Below are positions 1-7,962 of a stretch of DNA of 32,000 bases, piece by piece. The translations under genes were made by a program, and so were the position numbers. The notes under the pieces were generated by a model that ran no database searches, was not told where the DNA came from, and was given only the letters and a program-made list of their open reading frames with translations. Within the stretch, counting starts at the first letter, position 1. Each line of letters begins with the position of its first letter. The DNA is from Candidatus Nanoarchaeia archaeon (lineage in GTDB: Archaea > Nanobdellota > Nanobdellia > Woesearchaeales > JANQNC01). The stretch is from positions 450,001 through 482,000 of the forward strand of contig JANQNC010000001.1 in NCBI GenBank assembly GCA_028279745.1, given 5' to 3'.

Positions 1-115
1 GAAAAACTCTACCAATATACTTAACAGTTGTTTGGGATGTTTTGCCATCAACCCATTTATTTTTAACAAAATAGGCATAAACATTATTATTAACTTTTTT
101 AGTACGGATAAACAT
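1..115 (-). CDS. Hypothetical protein. Only the N-terminal 38 aa lie in the window and the gene runs off the left edge.
   Basis: Hand translation of the minus strand from ATG at 115..113 gives MFIRTKKVNNNVYAYFVKNKWVDGKTSQTTVKYIGRVF, open to position 1. A TATA-like TTTTATAAT (142..150, minus) lies 26 nt upstream. It is absent from the ORF track because it is truncated. Confidence 0.4.
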   Translation of the reverse strand, partial: MFIRTKKVNNNVYAYFVKNKWVDGKTSQTTVKYIGRVF

Positions 116-141
116 GTTATACTAAAAAATAAAGAAAGACC

Positions 142-150
142 ATTATAAAA
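142..150 (-). promoter_or_regulatory. TATA box for the left-edge partial ORF
   Basis: TTTTATAAT on the minus strand, 26 nt upstream of ATG 115. Confidence 0.45.
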
Positions 151-154
151 CTTT

Positions 155-1774
155 TTATTTAATACACGATCTGACAAACTCTTTGAATAAAGGTGCAGGA
201 TGCAATAAAGAAGATTTTAGTTCTGGATGTGCTTGAGTAGCAACAAAATACTTGTGCTTAGGAAGCTCGATAAACTCCGCTAATGTTTTGCTCTTATCCA
301 TTCCACTAATAACCAAACCTTCTTTCTTTAAAACTTCATGGAATTGAGGATTGACCTCATACCTATGTCTATGACGTTCAGAAACAACCTTCTCCTTGTA
401 AATCTTATTCACCTTACTATCTGGAGTGATATAAGCAGTATACGCACCAAGCCTCATAGTGCCACCTTTATCAGTAATACTTTTCTGCTCCTCTAAGATA
501 TCAACAACAGGGAAAGGAGTCTTTGGATTAATCTCAGTGGAATTAGCCTCTTCTAGATTACATTTGTGTCTAGCAAATTCAATAACTGCAAGCTGTAACC
601 CATAACATAATCCTAAGAAAGGAATATTGTTTTCTCTAGCATACTTAATAACTTTAATCTTGCCTTCAGTTCCTCTGCTGCCAAAACCACCAGGCACAAT
701 AATACCATCAACACCCTCCATCTTCACTTGAACATCTTGCTCATCAAAAATATCAGTAGTTTCTAACCATTTTAGATCAACTTTACAGTTAAGGTGAGCT
801 TCACAATGCAAGATAGACTCAATTATGCTAGCATAAGAATCCTGCAGTGCAGTATACTTACCACAGATAGCAACAGTAACTTTCTTCTTACCTTTCTTAC
901 TCAATAGCTGATCTGTTAACTTTTCCCATTTCTTAGTATCTGGTTTTAAATTAATCTTGAATCTTTTTTCAATAGAACTTATTATGCCTTCCTTCTTGAA
1001 AACTAAAGGAATTGCGTAAACGGAAGGGACATCTACACCAGAAATAACTGCTTCTTTGTTAACGTTACAGAATCTAGCAATCTTTTCTTTAAGATGAGGT
1101 TCAATATACTCTGCGCATCTACCGATAATAACATGAGGCCTAATACCTCGCTCATTAATTTCCTTAACACTCATCTGAGTAGGTTTGGATTTTTGTTCAT
1201 TGACACCAGAAGGTATAGGGATGTAGGTTAAATGTGCAAAAAGAACACGATCATTTGTCAGTTCTTGTCTTAATTGTTTAACTGCCTCAAGATAAAGCTC
1301 GTTCTCAATGTCTCCGACAGTTCCCCCTATCTCAATAAGAACTATGTCTGCCTTTTCTTTTTTAGCAACATCATAAAATCTTCTTTTAATCTCATCAGTC
1401 ACATGAGGAATAAGTTGTACAGTCTTACCAAGATAATCTCCTCTTCTTTCTTTCTCAAGAACTTCTCGGTATACTTTACCCATGGTGATGTTCCATTCAA
1501 ACTTGGTTGTAATGTTCAAAAATCTTTCATAATGGCCAAAGTCCATATCAACTTCACCACCATCATCTAAAACAAACACTTCACCATGCTCAATAGGGTT
1601 CATAGTGCCAGGATCAACATTAAGGTAACCATCACACTTGATAGCAACAACTTTATACTGTGATGCTAAAAGGTTTCCGATGCTTGCGGCTGCAACACCC
1701 TTACCTAATCCAGAGAGAACTCCACCTGTAACAACAATAAATTTTGGAAAATTGGATTTTTTCAAAAGCTGCAT
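155..1774 (-). CDS. pyrG: CTP synthase (glutamine-hydrolysing)
   Basis: 539 aa. The N-terminal synthetase motif is KFIVVTGGVLSGLGKGVAAASIGNLL, followed by DPYLNVDPGTM-like YLNVDPGTMNPIEHGEVFV. The C-terminal glutamine amidotransferase block is FLGLCYGLQLAVIEFAR with RHRHRYEVN. ATG start. Confidence 0.97.
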   Translation of the reverse strand: MQLLKKSNFPKFIVVTGGVLSGLGKGVAAASIGNLLASQYKVVAIKCDGYLNVDPGTMNPIEHGEVFVLDDGGEVDMDFGHYERFLNITTKFEWNITMGKVYREVLEKERRGDYLGKTVQLIPHVTDEIKRRFYDVAKKEKADIVLIEIGGTVGDIENELYLEAVKQLRQELTNDRVLFAHLTYIPIPSGVNEQKSKPTQMSVKEINERGIRPHVIIGRCAEYIEPHLKEKIARFCNVNKEAVISGVDVPSVYAIPLVFKKEGIISSIEKRFKINLKPDTKKWEKLTDQLLSKKGKKKVTVAICGKYTALQDSYASIIESILHCEAHLNCKVDLKWLETTDIFDEQDVQVKMEGVDGIIVPGGFGSRGTEGKIKVIKYARENNIPFLGLCYGLQLAVIEFARHKCNLEEANSTEINPKTPFPVVDILEEQKSITDKGGTMRLGAYTAYITPDSKVNKIYKEKVVSERHRHRYEVNPQFHEVLKKEGLVISGMDKSKTLAEFIELPKHKYFVATQAHPELKSSLLHPAPLFKEFVRSCIK

Positions 1775-1795
1775 CCTAAGAATGAATCTAGGAGG

Positions 1796-1804
1796 TATAT
1801 AAAA
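1796..1804 (-). promoter_or_regulatory. TATA box for pyrG
   Basis: TTTTATATA on the minus strand, 21 nt upstream of ATG 1774. Confidence 0.55.
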
Positions 1805-1837
1805 TTTTACTGTCTGTCATAGTGATAAAAATCAGAA

Positions 1838-2113
1838 TTATTTGATTGCCTTTACAGCACCAGAACCTAAAGAATCAATTTTCTTACTTAATCTTTGAGC
1901 TGCTTTTTTCAAAACATCTTTTGCAGATTTACCTGTTGTCTCAAGAACAATTCTAGGAACCCCAACCAAAGGGTGGTCTATCCTGTAAGCTGCTGCCTTA
2001 ACTGCGTCATCATTCCATAATTCATCAACTAAAGCAGAAACAAAAGTGTGAGTTTCACCTTTAACCTCAACGACAATCCTGTTTTTCTTGTCCTCAACAA
2101 AGTTTAGCTCCAT
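1838..2113 (-). CDS. rpoL: DNA-directed RNA polymerase subunit L (Rpo11)
   Basis: 91 aa. GETHTFVSALVDEL aligns with the archaeal GEDHTLGNLL block, and YRIDHPLV matches the conserved HPL motif. The size is typical for Rpo11. Confidence 0.85.
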   Translation of the reverse strand: MELNFVEDKKNRIVVEVKGETHTFVSALVDELWNDDAVKAAAYRIDHPLVGVPRIVLETTGKSAKDVLKKAAQRLSKKIDSLGSGAVKAIK

Positions 2114-2135
2114 GATTGTGAGAAATAGGGGGTCA

Positions 2136-2144
2136 TTTATAAAA
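2136..2144 (-). promoter_or_regulatory. TATA box for rpoL
   Basis: TTTTATAAA on the minus strand, 22 nt upstream of ATG 2113. Confidence 0.55.
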
Positions 2145-2199
2145 GTTACCCTTTCAAAAAGTGCGAAAACCTTAAAAATCAGGTAAATGAAGTGTGTGT

Positions 2200-3174
2200 A
2201 TGGCTGAAACAGATAAGCTTAGGTACATCAACGTTCTAAAATTCATAGCAATAATGATGGTCTTTCTATCCCACTGTTTCAAGGAGCCGTACTGGTTAAA
2301 CCAAGATGTTGGAAAAATTGGAGCATTCACATTTGTACTAGTTTCTGCATATGGACTGACAAAAAGCTATCAGAACAGAGAGTTAAAAGTAGGGGATTAT
2401 GTTAAAAGGAGACTGCTTAGATTATTTCCACTTTATTTAGTGACTCTTGCGATAGTAGTGGGCATAAGCGTGATGATAAAAAAGGTCGTTTGGGGGGGCT
2501 GGCACCAAACTTTAAACTTAATAACCCACATATTTGGGATACACGGCTTCTTTCCAGATTACATATGGGCATATAATGGGCCGTTATGGTTTATCACATT
2601 AATATTACAGTTCTATCTGATATTTCCCCTGCTTCTGAAACTAATGAAGAAAGGTCTTTTGGTTCCTTTGTTTTTGGTTTCTTTAATCATTAACTTCTTA
2701 TCTCAACATTACTGGCCACTCCAAAAAATAACACATGGCTTAATCAATATGAACGGGGAGCCAGGCGTTCTAAAAGTACTGCCCATATTCTTAATCGGGA
2801 TGTATTTAGCAACACAAGACTTTGACAAACAAAAAGTTTTATCTTCGTTAAAAACAGCTATCGTGCTTGCGATGTTATTCTTATTTGAAGTAAACAGACA
2901 CCGGTCCTTTTTTGCGGTGCTGACCTTTTTATTCGTCGCATTAGCGAGCGGAATTTTGAAATTTAATGTTATGGCAAAACTAGGGACCTATAGTTTTGGA
3001 TTTTATCTGCTTCATTATCCTTTCTTAGGTTTACTAAAAGAACTATTTTTAGAAAAGGTTGTGAATAACCCACTACTTTTTATAGTTGCTTATGGCGCAG
3101 TAGTGTATGCAATCTCTGCTTTGATAGAGGGAGGAATTAATGCTTTAGTTAAAAGAGTCAGAACTAAAAAATGA
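2200..3174 (+). CDS. Acyltransferase family 3 (AT3) membrane O-acyltransferase, paralogue 1
   Basis: Polytopic membrane protein. The AT3-type N-terminus is YINVLKFIAIMMVFLSH, with a central block WFITLILQFYLIFPLLLKL. The ORF track starts at GTG 2194. ATG 2200 lies 20 nt downstream of the TATA-like TTAAAAAT at 2172..2179. Confidence 0.75.
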   Translation: MAETDKLRYINVLKFIAIMMVFLSHCFKEPYWLNQDVGKIGAFTFVLVSAYGLTKSYQNRELKVGDYVKRRLLRLFPLYLVTLAIVVGISVMIKKVVWGGWHQTLNLITHIFGIHGFFPDYIWAYNGPLWFITLILQFYLIFPLLLKLMKKGLLVPLFLVSLIINFLSQHYWPLQKITHGLINMNGEPGVLKVLPIFLIGMYLATQDFDKQKVLSSLKTAIVLAMLFLFEVNRHRSFFAVLTFLFVALASGILKFNVMAKLGTYSFGFYLLHYPFLGLLKELFLEKVVNNPLLFIVAYGAVVYAISALIEGGINALVKRVRTKK

Positions 3175-4112
3175 AAGAAACTAAAAAAAGACTGGACTAT
3201 GTTGACGTCTTAAAGTTCATAGCAATAACTTCTGTGTTCATAGCACACTTCACGGGATTTAGGAGTATCGGCACCCCAGGGGTGCACATTTTCTTAATCT
3301 TGTCAGGCTACAGTCTAACAAAAAGTTACATAAACAAAAACGTAAGCTACTTTAATTTTTTAATGAAACGGATCTTAAGAATATTCCCACTATACCTGAC
3401 TGCGTTAGCAGTAGTAATCTTAACCAAGATGTTTATACTAAAAACACTAACTTTAGGCTCTCTAAAAGATGGAGTTTTAATCTCCCACCTATTTGGACTA
3501 CAGGGGTTTATCAACCCAGGAGCATATAACATCTCATTCTGGTTCATAACACTAATACTTCAATTTTATATCTTATTCCCCCTACTTCTAAAAATACTGA
3601 AAAAAGGTTTTATAGTTCCCTTAACACTACTAACGCTAATAATAACACAAAACTTCTATTCAAAACTATCCCCAATACTAGTACTAAACGGCCATCCTAC
3701 AATACTGTACCTACTCCCACTAGTACTTATAGGCATGTACTTAGCAACCGAGGAATTTAAAGAAAAAAAAGGTTTGAGCATACCAAAACTTTTGGTTCTG
3801 CTGTCTTTACTGTTGTTTTATCGAGAATATTCATTTGTGATAGCATTAGTAATATTTGCCGTGTTTAAGTTTGGAATACTAAAGATAAATTTTAACCTAC
3901 TAAAAAAGTTGGGCGCTTACAGTTTTGGGTTTTACCTTCTGCACGTATTGTTTATTAATGCATTCAACAAACCACTCCTGACCCACATAACAAATAACAA
4001 GATAGTGGTGGGGATCGTTATTTTCATATTATCCTATGCATTTTCAATGTTTATAGAGAAAAATATAAACAAACTGGTATGTTATGCTAAAAATAAATTT
4101 TCTACTCCTTAA
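3171..4112 (+). CDS. Acyltransferase family 3 (AT3) membrane O-acyltransferase, paralogue 2 (tandem duplicate of paralogue 1)
   Basis: LDYVDVLKFIAITSVFIAH and WFITLILQFYILFPLLLKILKKGFIVPL are nearly identical to blocks of the upstream gene. ATGA start/stop overlap with that gene. Confidence 0.75.
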   Translation: MKETKKRLDYVDVLKFIAITSVFIAHFTGFRSIGTPGVHIFLILSGYSLTKSYINKNVSYFNFLMKRILRIFPLYLTALAVVILTKMFILKTLTLGSLKDGVLISHLFGLQGFINPGAYNISFWFITLILQFYILFPLLLKILKKGFIVPLTLLTLIITQNFYSKLSPILVLNGHPTILYLLPLVLIGMYLATEEFKEKKGLSIPKLLVLLSLLLFYREYSFVIALVIFAVFKFGILKINFNLLKKLGAYSFGFYLLHVLFINAFNKPLLTHITNNKIVVGIVIFILSYAFSMFIEKNINKLVCYAKNKFSTP

Positions 4113-5103
4113 CCAAAACTAAAATCTTTCTAGTTAACGAACCGTGAACAAACCATTCGACAGTTGTTTTGATTTTGAAACCAGGGTTAAAAAGATCAAT
4201 CTTGTTTGGAGCGATCATAACTAAAACCCCATCTTTCTTTAGAGAGTTGTAAGCTGAAAGAATAAAAGATTTGTAAAATGATCCTAAATCTTGGCTAACT
4301 TTTTCATTCTTACCGTAAGGCGGGTCTGTGACAATGCAGTTGTATTTGCCAGCAGGAAGTTTTAATGCATCTTGCTTGGTAAGTGTGGAATTAATGTTAT
4401 AGTGGTCAAGATTAATTTTAGCCATCTCCAGTTTGTTTTCAGATAAATCTGAGCCCATACACTTTATTTTCATCATGCCGGCTTCTATTAAGATAGCACC
4501 AACGCCACAGAAAGGATCATACAAAATGCCCTCTTTTATGCCGCTCAAATTTACGCAACACCTAGCCAGTTTTGAGGTAATACTTGTAGGGTGAAAAGCT
4601 GGCCTTTTATGAGGCCATCTGTCAAAAAATGATTTGTCAATATCTGCCAGTTTTAAACCCATAAAAATACCTTCTTTTGTTACAAAAAACTCAAAAACGT
4701 ATTTTGGGTTAGTCAGGTTAACAGTTGGTTTAACTTCTTTTTTATCCTTATCTGTTAATTTGGTTAACATCTGTTTTTGGAGAGAAATCCACACCAAATC
4801 CGCGACATCTTTTTCAACTAAATGCTGTGTCTCGGGTAAATTAGTTACTCTAACACAGAACTCATCCTTGTATACTGAAAGCCAGTCAAATTCGTTTATG
4901 GTTTGTTCTAAGTCTTCCAGGTTGCAGGTGAATAAGAATCGATAGGTAGAGTGAGTAAAAGCAAGCCTATCGCTAAAGTCTTCAGTAGAGTCTGTGATTA
5001 ATATTCGGTCTACTAACTTGTACTCTTTTGAGTTTGTTAAGGCTAAAACTTCTTCTTTTGCAAGTTGTACATGTTCTCCTGTGAGGAAAAATATTGTTTT
5101 CAT
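4102..5103 (-). CDS. THUMP-domain tRNA (guanine(10)-N2)-methyltransferase (Trm-G10 / Trm11 family)
   Basis: SAM-binding block DPFCGVGAILIEAG and catalytic VTDPPYG. HKRPAFHPTSITSKLARCCVNL is typical of Trm-G10. The ORF track extends to 5160, but ATG 5103 (MKTIFFLTGEHVQLAKEE) sits 22 nt downstream of TATA TTTATTTA (5126..5133, minus). That start removes an implausible hydrophobic extension. Confidence 0.8.
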   Translation of the reverse strand: MKTIFFLTGEHVQLAKEEVLALTNSKEYKLVDRILITDSTEDFSDRLAFTHSTYRFLFTCNLEDLEQTINEFDWLSVYKDEFCVRVTNLPETQHLVEKDVADLVWISLQKQMLTKLTDKDKKEVKPTVNLTNPKYVFEFFVTKEGIFMGLKLADIDKSFFDRWPHKRPAFHPTSITSKLARCCVNLSGIKEGILYDPFCGVGAILIEAGMMKIKCMGSDLSENKLEMAKINLDHYNINSTLTKQDALKLPAGKYNCIVTDPPYGKNEKVSQDLGSFYKSFILSAYNSLKKDGVLVMIAPNKIDLFNPGFKIKTTVEWFVHGSLTRKILVLVKE

Positions 5104-5125
5104 ACAATAGAGGGTTAGGAAGGAG

Positions 5126-5133
5126 TAAATAAA
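5126..5133 (-). promoter_or_regulatory. TATA box for the Trm-G10 gene
   Basis: TTTATTTA on the minus strand, 22 nt upstream of ATG 5103. Confidence 0.5.
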
Positions 5134-5181
5134 GTAGTTGGTTAACCATTTATTTTCCATACAGAAAATAAAAAAGAAAGA

Positions 5182-5190
5182 TTTAAAAAT
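5182..5190 (+). promoter_or_regulatory. TATA box for the PadR-like/Yip1-like operon
   Basis: TTTAAAAAT, 21 nt upstream of ATG 5212. Confidence 0.55.
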
Positions 5191-5211
5191 AAAGTCACAG
5201 TATTTTCAAGT

Positions 5212-5532
5212 ATGCCGAGAGGAAGACCTATAAAATCAGATATACGACAAAACATAGTAGAAATATTATTCCACCTGGGAAAAGGATATGGGTATGACAT
5301 ATACAAGGTGTACATACAAGTATTTCCAAAAGTAACATTGCGTTCAATTTATTATCACTTAAAGAAAGGAGTCGCTTTGGGCGAGTTTAAAGTCAGCAAA
5401 GTAGAGATGGAAAAGGGAGAGTACAGTTGGGGCGGAGAAGCAGAAAAGATATACTATTCATTAGGTGACAAGGCAGAAGCTAAAGGAAGCGAAAGAGTAA
5501 GAAAAGCGATCAACCAAATAAAAAAGAGGTAG
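5212..5532 (+). CDS. Small winged-helix transcriptional regulator (PadR-like)
   Basis: 106 aa. The pattern IVEILFHLGKGYGYDIYK ... LRSIYYHLKKGVALGEF ... KIYYSLG matches the PadR-type layout of hGYel ... lYp.L..Le..G ... Y.lT. Confidence 0.5.
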   Translation: MPRGRPIKSDIRQNIVEILFHLGKGYGYDIYKVYIQVFPKVTLRSIYYHLKKGVALGEFKVSKVEMEKGEYSWGGEAEKIYYSLGDKAEAKGSERVRKAINQIKKR

Positions 5533-5539
5533 ATACTAA

Positions 5540-6055
5540 ATGAACTTTTTGAAAAGAGTAACTGACATACTAGTCAAACCACACGAAGAATTCTTAGAAG
5601 TGAAGAAAGAGACAGATCTTAAACCGGCATTAGTTTACTTGTTACCTCTTGTGTTAATCTCCACAGTTTTGCAGTTGGTTACAGGATTGCCGAGCGTGAT
5701 CGAGAGAACCATTGAGAGTAATGTGGGAAAATATGTTCTATTCTTTGTTAGTTCAATAATTATTCTTTACATAGTTGCGTTTATTATTGCAGGCTCACTC
5801 TACTTAGTGCTTAAGTTTAACAAACACAGAGAACACTTCAAAGATACATTTAATGTTACTGCTTACGGGATGACACCTTACTTGCTTTTAGGTTGGATGC
5901 CTTTGGTATCAATACTTGCAGTTATCTACATGATTGTTTTACAGATCAAAGGAATCCAAGAAGTTCTAAAAATATCTAGAAGAGATGCAATTGTGAACTA
6001 TATTAGTGTAATAGTGTTCTGGGCAATAATATTTGCGATAGGCTCAATCATTTAA
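5540..6055 (+). CDS. Yip1-domain integral membrane protein
   Basis: 171 aa with about 5 TM helices. The N-terminal ILVKPHEEFLEVKKE segment is typical of Yip1/DUF1282-like proteins. GAGGT (5526..5530) lies 9 nt upstream of the ATG, so it is probably co-transcribed with the regulator. Confidence 0.5.
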   Translation: MNFLKRVTDILVKPHEEFLEVKKETDLKPALVYLLPLVLISTVLQLVTGLPSVIERTIESNVGKYVLFFVSSIIILYIVAFIIAGSLYLVLKFNKHREHFKDTFNVTAYGMTPYLLLGWMPLVSILAVIYMIVLQIKGIQEVLKISRRDAIVNYISVIVFWAIIFAIGSII

Positions 6056-6731
6056 TTTTCTTCAAGAAACCCATCAAAGCAAAACTTTCCCTTTTAGTCA
6101 TAAATGACTTTGAGATTAAACGTTTCCAAACCTTTCTCTGAGTATCTTTCTTTTCTTTACTCTGAAAATCTAGTTTATTCATCGAAGAAGTGAGAAGTTT
6201 CATAATCTGTTGCTTGTCTTTATCAGACGCTGATTCGTGTATGTTTCCTTTATCCTTTTCTTGCGCGATAAAGAGTTCATACAACAGGATTGTTGCAGCA
6301 TGAGATGCATTCAATGTGCCGTAAGTCTTACTTGTAGGTATTGTGACAGTAAAATCACACAGCTCAATCTCTTCGTTGTAAAGACCTTCAGATTCCCTTC
6401 CGATTAAAAGTGCTATTTTGTTTTTTATTTTTGCAGCTTTTTCAGCAAACTGTCTTGGCGTCAAAGGAGAACGAGGTATATTGTAAGAAGTTCCAGTTAA
6501 TGCAGTTGTGCCAACAAGATAATCTGCTTTTATGTTTTTTATTGATTTGATTACTTTTGCTTTCTTCAACACATCTTGAGCGTGCTTTGCTCGCTTCTTA
6601 GCTTCTTCATCTAAGTGATCACATTTTGGATTGATTAAAGTAAGTTTAGTCAGATTAAAGTTTTTCATAACTCTAGCTAACGCACCTATATTCCCAGGAG
6701 TTTCTGGTTCTACGAAGACTATTTCGATCAT
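6048..6731 (-). CDS. SpoU/TrmH-family RNA 2'-O-methyltransferase (archaeal TrmJ-like)
   Basis: N-terminus VFVEPETPGNIGALARVMKNFNL. SPOUT knot motifs LLIGRESEGL and IPTSKTYGTLNASHAATILLYEL. Confidence 0.8.
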   Translation of the reverse strand: MIEIVFVEPETPGNIGALARVMKNFNLTKLTLINPKCDHLDEEAKKRAKHAQDVLKKAKVIKSIKNIKADYLVGTTALTGTSYNIPRSPLTPRQFAEKAAKIKNKIALLIGRESEGLYNEEIELCDFTVTIPTSKTYGTLNASHAATILLYELFIAQEKDKGNIHESASDKDKQQIMKLLTSSMNKLDFQSKEKKDTQRKVWKRLISKSFMTKRESFALMGFLKKIK

Positions 6732-6753
6732 AAAAGTGAAAATTATATGAGGA

Positions 6754-6762
6754 TATATAAAA
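6754..6762 (-). promoter_or_regulatory. TATA box for the TrmJ-like gene
   Basis: TTTTATATA on the minus strand, 22 nt upstream of ATG 6731. Confidence 0.55.
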
Positions 6763-6773
6763 CTAACTAAGAA

Positions 6774-7424
6774 TTAAAATTTGAATGATCTTACTTGTTT
6801 TACAAACTTCGGCAAGTTCTTATTTCTAAACAAAGCAGCGCCCACAGCAAGAATGTCTGCCCCAGAAGCTAGAACTGTTTTGTAAGTGCTTGGGCCGATG
6901 CCACCATCAACTTCTATCTTTGTTTTTAGATCGTGTTTAATTGTGTAATCTTTTACAGTCTTAACTTTTTTTAGACTTGACTTGATGAACTTCTGCCCTG
7001 CAAAACCAGGGTGAACACTCATAATGAAAGCTTTGTCAATCTTTTTCAAATAAGGTAAAAGTTTTTTTATATCTGTTTCTGGGTTGATAGCTAAACCAAC
7101 TTTCTTTTTCATTCTTTTTAGTTGGGAAATTTTTTTGTTTATGTTGCCAGTTTCTATGTGGAACGTGATCGAGTCTGCCATGTTGAATGTTTTGAAATAT
7201 TTCTCTGGGTTAGTGATCATCAGATGAACATCCAACTTCTTTTTTGTAATTTTCTTAACTGTGTTTGCAATATCTGGACCCATCGTTATGTTTGGAACAA
7301 AATGCCCATCCATGACATCAATATGGTAGAAATCAACATGTTTGTTAACTTTGTTTAGTTCTGATTTTAAGTTTGTGAAGTCTGCTGCCAAGACAGATGC
7401 TGAAATTTTTGTTTTGTTATTCAT
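6774..7424 (-). CDS. rpe: Ribulose-phosphate 3-epimerase
   Basis: ISASVLAADFTNL, HIDVMDGHFVPNITMGP, VHLMI, MSVHPGFAGQKF, VDGGI. The ORF track starts at GTG 7478. ATG 7424 (MNNKTKISASVL) gives the canonical N-terminus, but the start is uncertain. Confidence 0.88.
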   Translation of the reverse strand: MNNKTKISASVLAADFTNLKSELNKVNKHVDFYHIDVMDGHFVPNITMGPDIANTVKKITKKKLDVHLMITNPEKYFKTFNMADSITFHIETGNINKKISQLKRMKKKVGLAINPETDIKKLLPYLKKIDKAFIMSVHPGFAGQKFIKSSLKKVKTVKDYTIKHDLKTKIEVDGGIGPSTYKTVLASGADILAVGAALFRNKNLPKFVKQVRSFKF

Positions 7425-7487
7425 TTTATGATTTTGGTTTACCTTTAATTGCTTACTAGGGCACTCCTCTTGTCGCACCTTTTTGCA

Positions 7488-7922
7488 TTACTTCTCAATT
7501 CTCTTGATTTTTGTAATTCTTCTCTTATGTCTTGGTTCGTTGCTAAAGGGCGTTTCTACCCAAGCTTTGACTATCTTCTGTGCTTTTGCTAAAGGCATGT
7601 TGTTAATGCACAACACATTTGAGTTATTATGCTGTCTGCTAAGTTTTGCTTCCTTAGCATCTTTAACCAAAGCAGCATAAACGCCTTTATGTTTATTGGC
7701 TGCAATAGACATACCAATACCTGAGCCACATATCAGGACTGCATAATTACCCTTTTGTACATGTTTTGCTGCTTTCTTAGCAAAATCAACATAGTCATCT
7801 TTAGGATCTAGTTTTTTAGCACCCACATCAACATACTCTATTTCTTGTTTATCTAGGACTTTCTTTAATTTTTCTTTAAGCTTGAAACCTTTATGGTCTG
7901 CACCCAAAATAAGTTTAGTCAT
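7488..7922 (-). CDS. rpiB: Ribose-5-phosphate isomerase B (RpiB/LacAB family)
   Basis: 144 aa. KLILGADHKGFKLKEKL and VLICGSGIGMSIAANKHKGVYAAL. Confidence 0.88.
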   Translation of the reverse strand: MTKLILGADHKGFKLKEKLKKVLDKQEIEYVDVGAKKLDPKDDYVDFAKKAAKHVQKGNYAVLICGSGIGMSIAANKHKGVYAALVKDAKEAKLSRQHNNSNVLCINNMPLAKAQKIVKAWVETPFSNEPRHKRRITKIKRIEK

Positions 7923-7947
7923 CTTGTCAGAATAATTGATTGGTTAG

Positions 7948-7956
7948 TTTAAAAAA
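7948..7956 (-). promoter_or_regulatory. TATA box for rpiB
   Basis: TTTTTTAAA on the minus strand, 25 nt upstream of ATG 7922. Confidence 0.45.
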
Positions 7957-7962
7957 GTATCG

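Noticed and set aside
1274-1570. 98-aa plus-strand ORF inside pyrG. Similar shadow ORFs occur inside other genes, for example 3347..3547, 4634..4945, 7122..7358, 8414..8674, 23117..23539 and 27799..28182.
   Set aside because: All are antisense to, or out of frame with, CDSs that have clear family motifs. Their sequences have no recognisable motifs, and stop-poor antisense frames are common in AT-rich genomes.
1788-1796. Plus-strand CTAGGAGGT (perfect SD-like) between pyrG and rpoL
   Set aside because: No plus-strand start codon or ORF follows it. It lies between the pyrG TATA box and its ATG on the opposite strand, so it is most likely coincidental.
5104-5160. N-terminal extension MENKWLTNYFIYSFLTLYC of the Trm-G10 ORF, and the similar GTG/TTG-initiated extensions of the rpe, AT3-1, AT3-4 and GT2 (29518) ORFs
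   Set aside because: The extensions overlap predicted TATA boxes or lack start-site signals. The downstream ATG codons give canonical family N-termini with the window-typical TATA spacing or an SD site.
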